A stretch of DNA of 35,630 bases from Thermoplasmatota archaeon (lineage in GTDB: Archaea > Thermoplasmatota > SW-10-69-26 > JACQPN01 > JAJPHT01). Position numbers and translations under genes: made by a program. The number at the start of each line of letters is the position of its first letter. The stretch's first letter is position 1. The stretch is from the NCBI GenBank assembly GCA_041599855.1, contig JBFILE010000002.1, positions 1 through 35,630 of the forward strand, given 5' to 3'. This document shows positions 16,384 through 24,174 of this stretch, piece after piece. The notes below the pieces were generated by a model that was not told where the DNA came from, did not search any database, and saw only the letters and a program-made list of their open reading frames with translations.

Positions 16384-16761
16384 CTAGACCTCTTCGGAGT
16401 AGGTGACCTCGCGAAACTCGAAGCTGACGCTCAGAGAGTCGGGCCAGACCTCGGTGATGGAGATGGACAGGACCACGCCCCACGCTGCTCGGCCCCGGGG
16501 GTCCCGGTATAGGAGCGTGCGGCCCTCCTCGATCCACCCGAGGAGGGTCGCCACGGTAGAGCGGTCAACCTGATCGAGGGCGACAGAGAGCACGCGGTCC
16601 CGGCCCTCCGTGAGAATCGCCCGGCGGCGGCCGTTCGCCCCCACGTACACGGCCCCCAGCTTGTCCACCCTCGCCGAGGCGGCGTCCAAGTCGAACGTGA
16701 TGAAGGTAGCGGGGTCGGATGCTAGGTGGATGTATAGGAAGTCCAGGGTGGTACTAGCCAT
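16384..16761 (-). CDS. distal tail protein candidate (125 aa)
   Basis: Track ORF. ATG 16761 overlaps the end of the tape-measure gene by 8 nt. Confidence 0.7.
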   Translation of the reverse strand: MASTTLDFLYIHLASDPATFITFDLDAASARVDKLGAVYVGANGRRRAILTEGRDRVLSVALDQVDRSTVATLLGWIEEGRTLLYRDPRGRAAWGVVLSISITEVWPDSLSVSFEFREVTYSEEV

Positions 16762-19087
16762 GTCGGAGCCTCATTTCTCGGCCTGCGGTGCGGATGACCT
16801 CTTCGGTACCCTCCCGCGCGAGGCGGCGGGCCTCGTCGGTTGAGAATCCGTGGAAGTGCTGCTCCACGTAGATGGGGGAGCCCCCTCCACGCGCCCCGCC
16901 CTCCTCGCGGATGATGCGGCGCATGAGCTTCTCAGGGGTGACGATCTCCGTCTCGCCCGGGACCTCGCCCACCACGGCGAGCGTGGCGCGGCTGACTACC
17001 GCCCCGTTCCCGAACATCGGGACAGGATTATCGGGGAGGTCGATATCAGGGGCGAAGGGGATAGGGATGGAGTTCGGAATCTTCTCATTGATGTACCCGG
17101 CGGCGATGTTCCACCCGGCCTTGAAGGCCCCGATCACTCCATCGGCAATCTTCCCGCCCAGGTCCGTGAGGCCGTTCAGGGCCCCCGAGATTCCGTCCAC
17201 GAAGGCATTTCCGACCGCTGTCCCTGCGCTAGCGAGACCGTCCTTAGCGGTGGTCATCACGAAGTCCTTAGCGGCCTTGAAGGCGTCGCGGAAGGGCTTG
17301 GTCACGGTGTCCAAGAGCCCGCCGAAGACAGCGGCGATGCCGTCCACGATGGCCACGATGGAGGACTCCAGGATGCCCCAGAGTCCGGAGGCGATGAGCT
17401 TGATAGCGTCCCAGGCCTCTCCCCACTTGCCGGTTAGCACGGCCTTGATGAGGTCCATAATCCCGGTGAGGACCGTGAGGAGGTTGTTCACGATGTCGAT
17501 AACTAGGCCGACAGTGACCTTGGCGAGGGCGGTGAACTCGTCGCCCCACTTGTTCCATATCTTCGTGACGATGGCCACGACGGTCTCGATAATCACCTGG
17601 ATGGCCCCGAAGGTAGAGACGATGAGGTCCCTCAGATTCTCGAAGGTGGTCATGAGCTTCGAGGCCTCGCCATCGGAGTCCGATGAGGCGGACTTGAAGA
17701 CATCCACGAACCACTCGATGGCGGAGACGATGAAGTCCACCACGTTGCCGATTACCTCGCGCACCTGCTCGAACTTCTCGGCGATGGCGGGCCAGTTGTC
17801 GCGGACCCACTCCACGGCGGCGGCGAACGCTGCGCGCAGAGCTTCGAGGACCGGCGGGAGGTGCTCCCGGGCCCATGAGATGATGGTCTCGAAGGTGGCG
17901 ACCACGGCGGCCACGACGGTCTCGAAGACGGCCCGGATGGTGGGCCAGTTGTCGCGAATCCAGCCGACCACGCGGCCGAGCACCTCCGCCATCTTCTCGG
18001 CGGCGGGGATGAAGTCGGACTCGATCCAGGCGGCGGCCTTGACGGTGAAGGCCTCGATGTACGGGGCGGCCTTCTCGAAGGCCTTGCCCACCTTGTCGAA
18101 CACGAGAGAGGCGAGAGGCTCCAGAGCAAGGAACATCCTGTTCTTGAACTTCGTGAACTTCTCGCCTACGCTCTCGGTGCGGGTGGCGGCGTCGTCCAGT
18201 GCTCCCCCCGAGCCTTCGAGGGCGGTCACGAGTTCGCCAATCTCGAAGCGGCCCTCCCGGATGGCGGCGGCCATGTCGGGCCCGGCGCGCTGACCGAAGG
18301 CCTCGATGGCGAGGGCGGTGGCATCGCCTGCGGTCTCGGCGTTCTTGATTTCCTCCTGAAGGCGGGCGAAGGCCTCTGTGGGCTCCTCGCCAGCCTTGGC
18401 CAGCTTGCCGAGGCCCATTCGCATACCGGCCATGACGGTCTCGACGTTGACGCCCTCCTGCTCCCACTTAGAGAACAGGGCGATGGATTGCTCCATCCCG
18501 AAGCCCATCTGGCGGAGCGGGGCCCCGTACTGCGTGGTCAGGGTGGTGAGGCGGTCCAGGCCGATGCCCGTGCGCTTCGTGGCCTCGAAGACCATATCGA
18601 GGGCCCCGGCCTGGTCCTCGGTCGCCACGCCTGCGTCCCCAAACATGCGGGTCACGAGGGCGATGTTCGTCTGGAGGTCCCCGCCCGTGAGGCGCGTTAG
18701 GTTCAGCATCCGCGCCGAGATGTCCTGGAGCGGCTTGCCCGTGAGCCCGAGGCGGGTGTTCAGGTCGGCCACGGCCGTGGACACGTCCCCGAAGTCGGAG
18801 GGGACGGTCTTCGCCACCTCGCGGAAGTCATCCTTCAGGCCTTCGAGGGCCTCGCCAGATGCTCCAGTGCCGACTATCAGATTGTCGAAGGCCTTGTCGA
18901 AGTCGGTGCCCAGCTTGAACAGACCCACGCCAATACCGGCCACGGCCCCAGCGGCCAGGGTGCCCACTCCGATGAGGGCCTTTCCGGCGACCTTCGAGAA
19001 GGAGCCGAGGCGGCTCTCTACGCCCCCGAGGGTCTTCGAGAAGTTGGAGGCGTCTCCAGTGATCTTGATGGTGATGGGCTTGGCCAT
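16754..19087 (-). CDS. tail tape measure protein (777 aa)
   Basis: Longest tail-module ORF, helical and Ala/Gly-rich, preceded by the chaperone pair with a frameshift. The + ORFs 16872..18293 and 18378..19385 are antisense shadows. Confidence 0.9.
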   Translation of the reverse strand: MAKPITIKITGDASNFSKTLGGVESRLGSFSKVAGKALIGVGTLAAGAVAGIGVGLFKLGTDFDKAFDNLIVGTGASGEALEGLKDDFREVAKTVPSDFGDVSTAVADLNTRLGLTGKPLQDISARMLNLTRLTGGDLQTNIALVTRMFGDAGVATEDQAGALDMVFEATKRTGIGLDRLTTLTTQYGAPLRQMGFGMEQSIALFSKWEQEGVNVETVMAGMRMGLGKLAKAGEEPTEAFARLQEEIKNAETAGDATALAIEAFGQRAGPDMAAAIREGRFEIGELVTALEGSGGALDDAATRTESVGEKFTKFKNRMFLALEPLASLVFDKVGKAFEKAAPYIEAFTVKAAAWIESDFIPAAEKMAEVLGRVVGWIRDNWPTIRAVFETVVAAVVATFETIISWAREHLPPVLEALRAAFAAAVEWVRDNWPAIAEKFEQVREVIGNVVDFIVSAIEWFVDVFKSASSDSDGEASKLMTTFENLRDLIVSTFGAIQVIIETVVAIVTKIWNKWGDEFTALAKVTVGLVIDIVNNLLTVLTGIMDLIKAVLTGKWGEAWDAIKLIASGLWGILESSIVAIVDGIAAVFGGLLDTVTKPFRDAFKAAKDFVMTTAKDGLASAGTAVGNAFVDGISGALNGLTDLGGKIADGVIGAFKAGWNIAAGYINEKIPNSIPIPFAPDIDLPDNPVPMFGNGAVVSRATLAVVGEVPGETEIVTPEKLMRRIIREEGGARGGGSPIYVEQHFHGFSTDEARRLAREGTEEVIRTAGREMRLRHG

Positions 19088-19094
19088 TGAGGGC

Positions 19095-19537
19095 TCACTT
19101 CAGGGTTCGGACGCGCTGCTCCCCTCCACGAGAGGGAGAAGCGTCGGCGGCGTGTTCTTCGTGCATCCGGTCCACGAGTGCCCTCAACTCGTAGAGGCGG
19201 AAGGTGCGGGCGTCGGCCCAGGCGATGCCGAAGTGTCGGCAGACGAGCGCGAGAGTTACTGCCCGCTGCCCTCCGGAGGGTTTCCCTCGCTCGTGACCTC
19301 CAGACCATCGGCCAGGGTCGTGATCGGGAGCTTGCCCACGGCGGCCATGGCGGCCTTAGCGGTGCCCCCGTTGTCGCGGCGGTAGGCGATGGCGGCGAGC
19401 GCCTTGAGAATGCCCATCTTCGGGGCGTCGGGGTCCTGGAGCTTCTTACCGATGGCGTCCAGGCCTACGCCCGTGGCCTCTTCGAGGAGGTCGGCCTCGT
19501 CCATGGTCAGGGTCTCGAAGTCGATGGAAAGGTTCAT
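19095..19537 (-). CDS. tail assembly chaperone G/T fusion via programmed -1 frameshift (about 147 aa)
   Basis: Slippery G_GGA_AAC at 19286..19280. The -1 frame is open for 61 codons, checked base by base (...PSGGQRAVTLALVCRHFGIAWADARTFRLYELRALVDRMHEEHAADASPSRGGEQRVRTLK). It stops at TGA 19097..19095, 8 nt before the tape-measure ATG. Confidence 0.6.
19256..19537 (-). CDS. tail assembly chaperone (G-type, 93 aa)
   Basis: Track ORF 19256..19621 trimmed to ATG 19537 (MNLSIDFETLTMDEADLLEE...), with a GAGGGA SD 7 nt upstream. Contains the slippery heptamer near its 3' end. Confidence 0.8.
   Translation of the reverse strand: MNLSIDFETLTMDEADLLEEATGVGLDAIGKKLQDPDAPKMGILKALAAIAYRRDNGGTAKAAMAAVGKLPITTLADGLEVTSEGNPPEGSGQ
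19280..19286 (-). other. -1 programmed frameshift slippery heptamer G_GGA_AAC
   Basis: Canonical X_XXY_YYZ in the zero frame of the chaperone gene, 7 codons before its stop. The -1 frame is open down to the tape-measure start. Confidence 0.6.
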
Positions 19538-19548
19538 GTGGGGGTCCC

Positions 19549-19944
19549 TCATTTCTTGGATTCGAGGAGTCGGGCGACTCCCTCGATGGCTTCGCGGTAG
19601 GTCTCCTCGATGCGCTTCCACTCCTGGCGGATGGCCTCATCTAGGAACTTCTGCGGTCGGATGTTGCGGCGCGGCCAGCCGAAGTGAATGACTCCGGCGT
19701 AGGGCACGCGGGCGGGGCTGCCCGCCTTGATGGCGGCGTAGCGCGATGAGTTCGCTGCCTTGACGGTCTTCGCCAGGGCCCCCGATCGGCGGGGGGCCTT
19801 CGGCTTCCCGGCGTCCACGGCGACCTGCGCGGCGGCCCTGTTCGCCTTCTTCATCTCGGCGTTTAGCTCCGAGTCTTTCGCCTTGCGAACCTCGCGCTGG
19901 AGGGCCTTGAGCCCATCAATCTTGATGGCCGGTTGGACGGGCAT
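19549..19944 (-). CDS. HK97 gp10-family head-tail/tail completion protein (131 aa)
   Basis: IDGLKALQREV..., SGALAKTVKA..., VPYAGVIHFGWPRRNIRPQKFLDEAI match the gp10-family pattern. GGAGG SD 6 nt upstream of ATG 19944. Confidence 0.8.
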   Translation of the reverse strand: MPVQPAIKIDGLKALQREVRKAKDSELNAEMKKANRAAAQVAVDAGKPKAPRRSGALAKTVKAANSSRYAAIKAGSPARVPYAGVIHFGWPRRNIRPQKFLDEAIRQEWKRIEETYREAIEGVARLLESKK

Positions 19945-19949
19945 TTAGG

Positions 19950-19989
19950 CCTCCGGGGCGGCTAGCACAGTGCGGGGGTCGGTGTCAAG
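19950..19989. repeat. imperfect direct repeat A flanking the tail-operon gap
   Basis: CCTCCGG..CTAGCACAG..GGGGG..TGTCAAG. Its partner is at 20224..20261. Confidence 0.6.
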
Positions 19990-20223
19990 CTCAAGCGCCC
20001 CAGAGCGTGAAATACGGGTGTATTATTACACACTTCTCGGAGCGGTTGTTTCCCTTGCGGCGCAAGGGTTAGCGGGGATTTCGGAGCCCTCGGCGTTCGC
20101 CCAGATTCCACGAGAAGGGTGGAACATGGGTGACCAGGGCGCAGGAGGGGTGTCGTCGCTCCTAGGCCCTCCTAGGGGCCAATGCGGCCAAGTCTGGACG
20201 AGGCCGGAAACGACGAAACCCCC

Positions 20224-20261
20224 CCTCCGGCCACTAGCACAGAGGGGGGGAGGCTGTCAAG
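20224..20261. repeat. imperfect direct repeat B flanking the tail-operon gap
   Basis: CCTCCGG..CTAGCACAG..GGGGG..TGTCAAG. Its partner is at 19950..19989. Confidence 0.6.
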
Positions 20262-20270
20262 TCACTCCCC

Positions 20271-21230
20271 TCAGAGTGCCACGTCATCCGTGGTGATCGT
20301 GATGGCCACGGCGGGGTTTGTGCCGTCGTGCAGGATGCGGAAGGGCATGGTCTGCACGGTCAGGTCCGTGAGCGAAGCGGCCGGGCTGTCCCCGTCGTAC
20401 TGGCACGCCTGAGCGAGCACGTCCACGGAGTAGTTACCTCCGCCGAAGCTGGCCCCTGTCCAGGTCGCTTGCACGGGGAAGATGTCCCCGGCCACGAAGC
20501 GGTCGTACTCGGTCACGTCGGAGAAGTCCGAGGTGAGCGAGCCCGAGTACGTCGGGACCGCTGCCCGGCGGGGTGCCTTCTTCAGGCTGGAGCCACGGAG
20601 GTGGCGGCGGTCGGTCTTCAGTCCGAGGTCGCCCGCGAACTCGATGGCGCGCACGTTGTCCACGGACGATCCACCAAGCTGGACCGCTGCCTGCGTCCAG
20701 TCGAAGGGGACCGCACCGGCGGGGTACGTCGGCGTACCGGCGGCCACGTTGGTCACCTCGTCCTGAGCGTCGAACGTGAGGCCGACCTTCAGGAGGTCGT
20801 CCATAGCTTGAGCGATGGTCCACGATGTCATGACCGCGCCCAGGTATGTGAAGGGCACCAGTGTCCCGGCGTCGGTCGGGCGGAGGACCTGCACGGTGAA
20901 GCTCTTGGGGGTGATGTCCGAGGCCGTGGTCAAGGTGATGACGTTGACGGTAGGGCCCGCCACGCTCCCGAGCATGGACTGGAGTAGAAGCCCCATCCCG
21001 TTTGTCAGGAAGTCCAGGTCTGAGAGTTCGCCCTCTGCGCCCAGCGTGATCTGCTTGCGGCGGTCGCTGCGGACGGTCTGCATACCGGCGCGCATCCCAC
21101 CAGACTCCAGCGGCTCGGTCACACGCTTCCACGTGTCGGCCTTGGCCTCGTAGCCACGGGTCAGAGCGGCGGCGGTGCCGTAGGTGGTCTCCTCACCGAA
21201 GAGGACGGCGGCGTCGAGAATGGAACTCAT
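20271..21230 (-). CDS. major tail (tube) protein candidate (319 aa)
   Basis: Track ORF. Size, Thr/Ser/Gly-rich beta-type composition and position after the head-tail joining genes fit. No specific motif recognised. Confidence 0.65.
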   Translation of the reverse strand: MSSILDAAVLFGEETTYGTAAALTRGYEAKADTWKRVTEPLESGGMRAGMQTVRSDRRKQITLGAEGELSDLDFLTNGMGLLLQSMLGSVAGPTVNVITLTTASDITPKSFTVQVLRPTDAGTLVPFTYLGAVMTSWTIAQAMDDLLKVGLTFDAQDEVTNVAAGTPTYPAGAVPFDWTQAAVQLGGSSVDNVRAIEFAGDLGLKTDRRHLRGSSLKKAPRRAAVPTYSGSLTSDFSDVTEYDRFVAGDIFPVQATWTGASFGGGNYSVDVLAQACQYDGDSPAASLTDLTVQTMPFRILHDGTNPAVAITITTDDVAL

Positions 21231-21445
21231 GAGGGTGTCTCCTCGGTGTCAGGGGTGGTGGGGGTGGGGGTAGCGAAGTCGGGGCGGCCCTTGAGGCCAT
21301 CCGCTTCGCTCTGGAGGAGGTCGAGTACCTCGCCCGTGGCGACCGTGAATGAGCGGCCGGTAGCGGGGAAGGTGATGAAGACCGGGGAAAGGCCCCCCAC
21401 GTACTGGAGGGTCGTGGTGGATGGGGTGGGGGTTCGCTTGCTCAT
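21227..21445 (-). CDS. hypothetical structural-module protein (72 aa)
   Basis: Track ORF, coupled at both ends (TAATG upstream, ATGA downstream). Confidence 0.6.
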   Translation of the reverse strand: MSKRTPTPSTTTLQYVGGLSPVFITFPATGRSFTVATGEVLDLLQSEADGLKGRPDFATPTPTTPDTEETPS

Positions 21446-21885
21446 TATGCGTTTCTCGCTCTCACGGCCACGTCGGCCTCGATGATGGTGCGGTGGGTCC
21501 CCTCGGCCACGATGGACGTGGAGAGGGTGAAGCCCCCGAAGGTGGCCCAGAGAATGCCCGGGGGGTCCTCGGCGGTGGCCAGCTTGGGGTCGCCCGTGAG
21601 GAGGTCCTGAACCTCCCCCAGGATTTCCAGGGCCCGGACCTCGGTGGCCTCGTGGCCCTTCGTGGAATCCACGAGGACGAAGAGGCGCACGGAGTAGGAC
21701 TCCTCGGTACGCACTCGGGCGGACCGCATCGTGGCGGGCTCGGACTCGTGCTCTTCCACGTCCCCCATGTAGACGCGCTCGCGCTGCGGGCGGCGCACGT
21801 CGTCCCCATAGGTCACCTGGACCGGAGTGAGGCGGGCGGAGAGCGTGCTCACGAGGGCGCGCTTCGTGGCGACGATCGTGCTCAT
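21445..21885 (-). CDS. head-tail joining / tail terminator-like protein (146 aa)
   Basis: Track ORF. ATGA overlap with the connector gene. Function from position only. Confidence 0.65.
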   Translation of the reverse strand: MSTIVATKRALVSTLSARLTPVQVTYGDDVRRPQRERVYMGDVEEHESEPATMRSARVRTEESYSVRLFVLVDSTKGHEATEVRALEILGEVQDLLTGDPKLATAEDPPGILWATFGGFTLSTSIVAEGTHRTIIEADVAVRARNA

Positions 21886-22436
21886 GCGACCACGGGCCCA
21901 GAGCGGAAGCGGTTTAGGACCGCGTTGACATCGGGGTAGGCGGTGGGGCGGTCAGGCTTCCCGCCCGCCTGGGCGAGTTGAATCTGGCCGAACTCGGACT
22001 GGACGGCGAGCGCTCGCTCAGGCGTGGCCGAATCGTGCTCGGTCACGTAGGCGGCGGCCAGCGTGCGGGCGGCCCACTTGAGGCGCTCGGGGGCGGCGTC
22101 CTGAATGGCGGCCGTGACAGTGACCTCCACGGTTAGGACATCGGAGACCGAGGCCGGGAGGATGATGTCCCCGAAGAAGTCGGCCTTCCACTCGCTCACG
22201 TCCTGGGCCACTCCGTCGAACTTCGCCGAGGTGATGGTCTGGATGGCCGGTATTCCGGCGTGGATGACCGAGCCCGTCCCGCCCTGGAGGCGCTTCGTGA
22301 TGACGGTCGGAGCCCACGGTCCGCAGTAGTCGGTAATGAGTTCCTCTGCCCGTGCGATCGAATCTAGGAGGAGGTCGTCCGGGTAGTCTTCCAGGCCCGG
22401 GAGGGCCCGGACCTCGGTGAGGTCGGTGTAGGCCAT
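21882..22436 (-). CDS. head-tail connector (gp6-like) protein (184 aa)
   Basis: Track ORF 21882..22448. ATG 22436 is preferred because GGAGG lies 5 nt upstream, whereas ATG 22448 has no SD. N-terminus MAYTDLTEVRALPGLEDYPDDLLLDSIARAEELITDYCG is typical of connector/QLRG-type proteins. Confidence 0.75.
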   Translation of the reverse strand: MAYTDLTEVRALPGLEDYPDDLLLDSIARAEELITDYCGPWAPTVITKRLQGGTGSVIHAGIPAIQTITSAKFDGVAQDVSEWKADFFGDIILPASVSDVLTVEVTVTAAIQDAAPERLKWAARTLAAAYVTEHDSATPERALAVQSEFGQIQLAQAGGKPDRPTAYPDVNAVLNRFRSGPVVA

Positions 22437-22449
22437 GAGGCCCTCCATT

Positions 22450-22469
22450 CTTGACGCTGAAGAGTCAGG
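22450..22469 (-). promoter_or_regulatory. promoter-less class-1 dyad copy S5
   Basis: + strand CTTGACGCTGAAGAGTCAGG, 17/20 identical to the class-1 dyad. No -10 follows. Covers stop codon 22465..22467. Confidence 0.5.
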
Positions 22470-22767
22470 CGTCCTCGTCGGTCTCGGTCAGGTCCACAAT
22501 CGGGGCGTCGGCGGCCTCGCCGAGAAGCTCGGGGGCGTGGAAGGTGATAACGCCCTCGGAGGCGGTCTCCACCTCTTCGGCCACGGATGCGGTCTCCACC
22601 TTCTTGGCGGCGGCCTTCTTGGCGGCGGCCTTCTTGGCAGGCTTGACGGCCTCCACGTGGCCGGAGCGGATGAAGCCCTCGGCGGACTCCTCGCTCAGGT
22701 CGTAGGTCTCGCCTACCCGGTAGGTGGCCTGGACGGTGGCGAAGTTCTGGACGGCGCGGACTTTCAT
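22465..22767 (-). CDS. hypothetical head-module protein with AKKAAAKKAAAKK tract (100 aa)
   Basis: Track ORF. GAGGGAG SD upstream of ATG 22767. Its stop codon lies inside dyad copy S5. Confidence 0.7.
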   Translation of the reverse strand: MKVRAVQNFATVQATYRVGETYDLSEESAEGFIRSGHVEAVKPAKKAAAKKAAAKKVETASVAEEVETASEGVITFHAPELLGEAADAPIVDLTETDEDA

Positions 22768-22809
22768 AGGGTGCTCCCTCGTTATAGGTTGGAGGTGTTC
22801 GCTTTAATA

Positions 22810-22884
22810 GCGGAGAGGGAAGGAATCGAACCTTCCAGGAATCCCGTGAGCCAGGAGGTAGTCGGGCTCTGCCAGGGCTCTCCG
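22810..22884 (-). other. tRNA-like element (acceptor stem plus T-arm only)
   Basis: Minus-strand 75-mer. It has a 7-bp perfect acceptor stem CGGAGAG/CTCTCCG and a T-arm GGAAGG-TTCGATT-CCTTCC with a canonical TPsiC-type loop. No D-arm and no proper anticodon arm could be folded by hand. Confidence 0.35.
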
Positions 22885-22945
22885 GAGCGGAAGCCCCCCT
22901 CCCTGTAGGTCGGGAGGAGGAGGGCTATCGCTCAGGGGTTGAGGA

Positions 22946-24148
22946 TCAGACGGCGGCCTGATTCCAAACGGTGTACGCCTCGGGCAGGACGATGCCCGAG
23001 TCCACGCGGGTGGTCCACTTCCAGGACACGAGGTCGGTGTCCCAGGCGTACTCGTCCGAGCGGGCGACGTTGACGCCACCAGCGAAGCGGACCATGAACG
23101 CCTTACGGATGTCACCGAAGATGACGCTCTTCGCGGCGGCGACCGGGGTCGCCATCTCCGAGTCATCGAAGACCGGGTAGCCGAGGATGGTATCCGGCGC
23201 GCCGACCGTGATGCCCGGACGCCAGAGGTAGTTACCATCCGTGTCCTTGAGCTTGCGGATCAACTTGATGGTCGCGTCATTCAGGATGAAGGCCGCATTC
23301 TGGCGGTACGGGCGCTTGATCGAGTGCTCGACATCGAAGAGTTCGTCCGCGGTGATCGCCGTGGTGGCGGCGAAGGTGTTATCCGCGGCCTTCGAGGCCA
23401 GGCCCTCGGGCTGATTCGTGCCCGTGCCGTTCATGAACGCAGCGCCGACTCCGAGACCGATGGCCTCGCCACCAAGCTCCGCGACTTCGGCGGCCATGTT
23501 GAAGGCCGAGTCCGTGAGAAGCTCATAGGATGCCTGCGAGATGAGGCCGTACTTGTACGCACGGAGGACCAAAGCCTCTTCAAGCGTGCCGTTCGACTTG
23601 CCGTAGGTGCCCTTCTCGGCGACCAGAGCGGCGACCGGGTAGGCGTTGCGGCGGGGGACGCTGATCTCGTTGCCGTTCGAGGTGTTCAGGACGGTCGCGC
23701 CAGCGGCGACGACGGTCGAGAACTCACGGATGGCCTTGATGATCTGGCCGTAGAGCGAATCGGGCACGCCCGCTCCGCCTTCTGCGGCACCCTTGCCGAT
23801 CGAGCGCGACTCCGGCATGAAGTCCACGTCCCGGGCCTCGCCCGTGATGAAGGCCTCCAGGGCCCGAAGCTCCGCGGCGGCGGGGGTGTCCCGCTGCTCG
23901 CTCGGCTCAGGCGTGAAGCCCGCGGCGGCGAAGGCGTCGTGGAAACGCTGATCCTCGGCGTCGGCGGCCATCGCGGCCTCCATCGCGTCGGAGGCCTTGC
24001 GGAGTTCACCTTCGAGCGTCTCGCGCTTCGCGGCTTCCTCGGCGGTCTCGGACTTGTCCGAGCGGGCCTCGATATCGGCGTCCAGCGAGCGAAGCTCCTG
24101 GACGATCTTGTTTCGGACCTCGAAGGCCCTCTGTGTGCGGCTCTGCAT
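22946..24148 (-). CDS. major capsid protein, HK97 family, with N-terminal coiled-coil delta/scaffold region (400 aa)
   Basis: Track ORF 22946..24160. ATG 24148 is preferred (GGAG 6 nt upstream); 24160 is the alternative. Lies downstream of the portal-protease pair. Confidence 0.9.
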   Translation of the reverse strand: MQSRTQRAFEVRNKIVQELRSLDADIEARSDKSETAEEAAKRETLEGELRKASDAMEAAMAADAEDQRFHDAFAAAGFTPEPSEQRDTPAAAELRALEAFITGEARDVDFMPESRSIGKGAAEGGAGVPDSLYGQIIKAIREFSTVVAAGATVLNTSNGNEISVPRRNAYPVAALVAEKGTYGKSNGTLEEALVLRAYKYGLISQASYELLTDSAFNMAAEVAELGGEAIGLGVGAAFMNGTGTNQPEGLASKAADNTFAATTAITADELFDVEHSIKRPYRQNAAFILNDATIKLIRKLKDTDGNYLWRPGITVGAPDTILGYPVFDDSEMATPVAAAKSVIFGDIRKAFMVRFAGGVNVARSDEYAWDTDLVSWKWTTRVDSGIVLPEAYTVWNQAAV

Positions 24149-24174
24149 GAGTCGCTCCATTCTGTGGGAAGGTA

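Noticed and set aside
16872-18293. 473-aa + ORF (also 4881..5852, 7384..8364, 18378..19385, 26465..27583, 27977..28975 and other + ORFs)
   Set aside because: All lie antisense to minus-strand genes with recognisable motifs (tape measure, sigma-like, exonuclease, terminase, fibre). They have Pro/Arg/Ser/Ala-rich shadow composition and no SD or promoter context.
19970-20296. 108-aa + ORF filling the tail-operon gap
   Set aside because: It is on the opposite strand to every real gene, has low-complexity Gly/Pro/Arg composition, and crosses hairpins and repeats. It is treated as non-coding.
22804-23238. 144-aa minus ORF overlapping the capsid 3' end and the tRNA-like spacer (also 23686..24507)
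   Set aside because: Alternative-frame Ser/Pro/Arg-rich shadows of the capsid gene.
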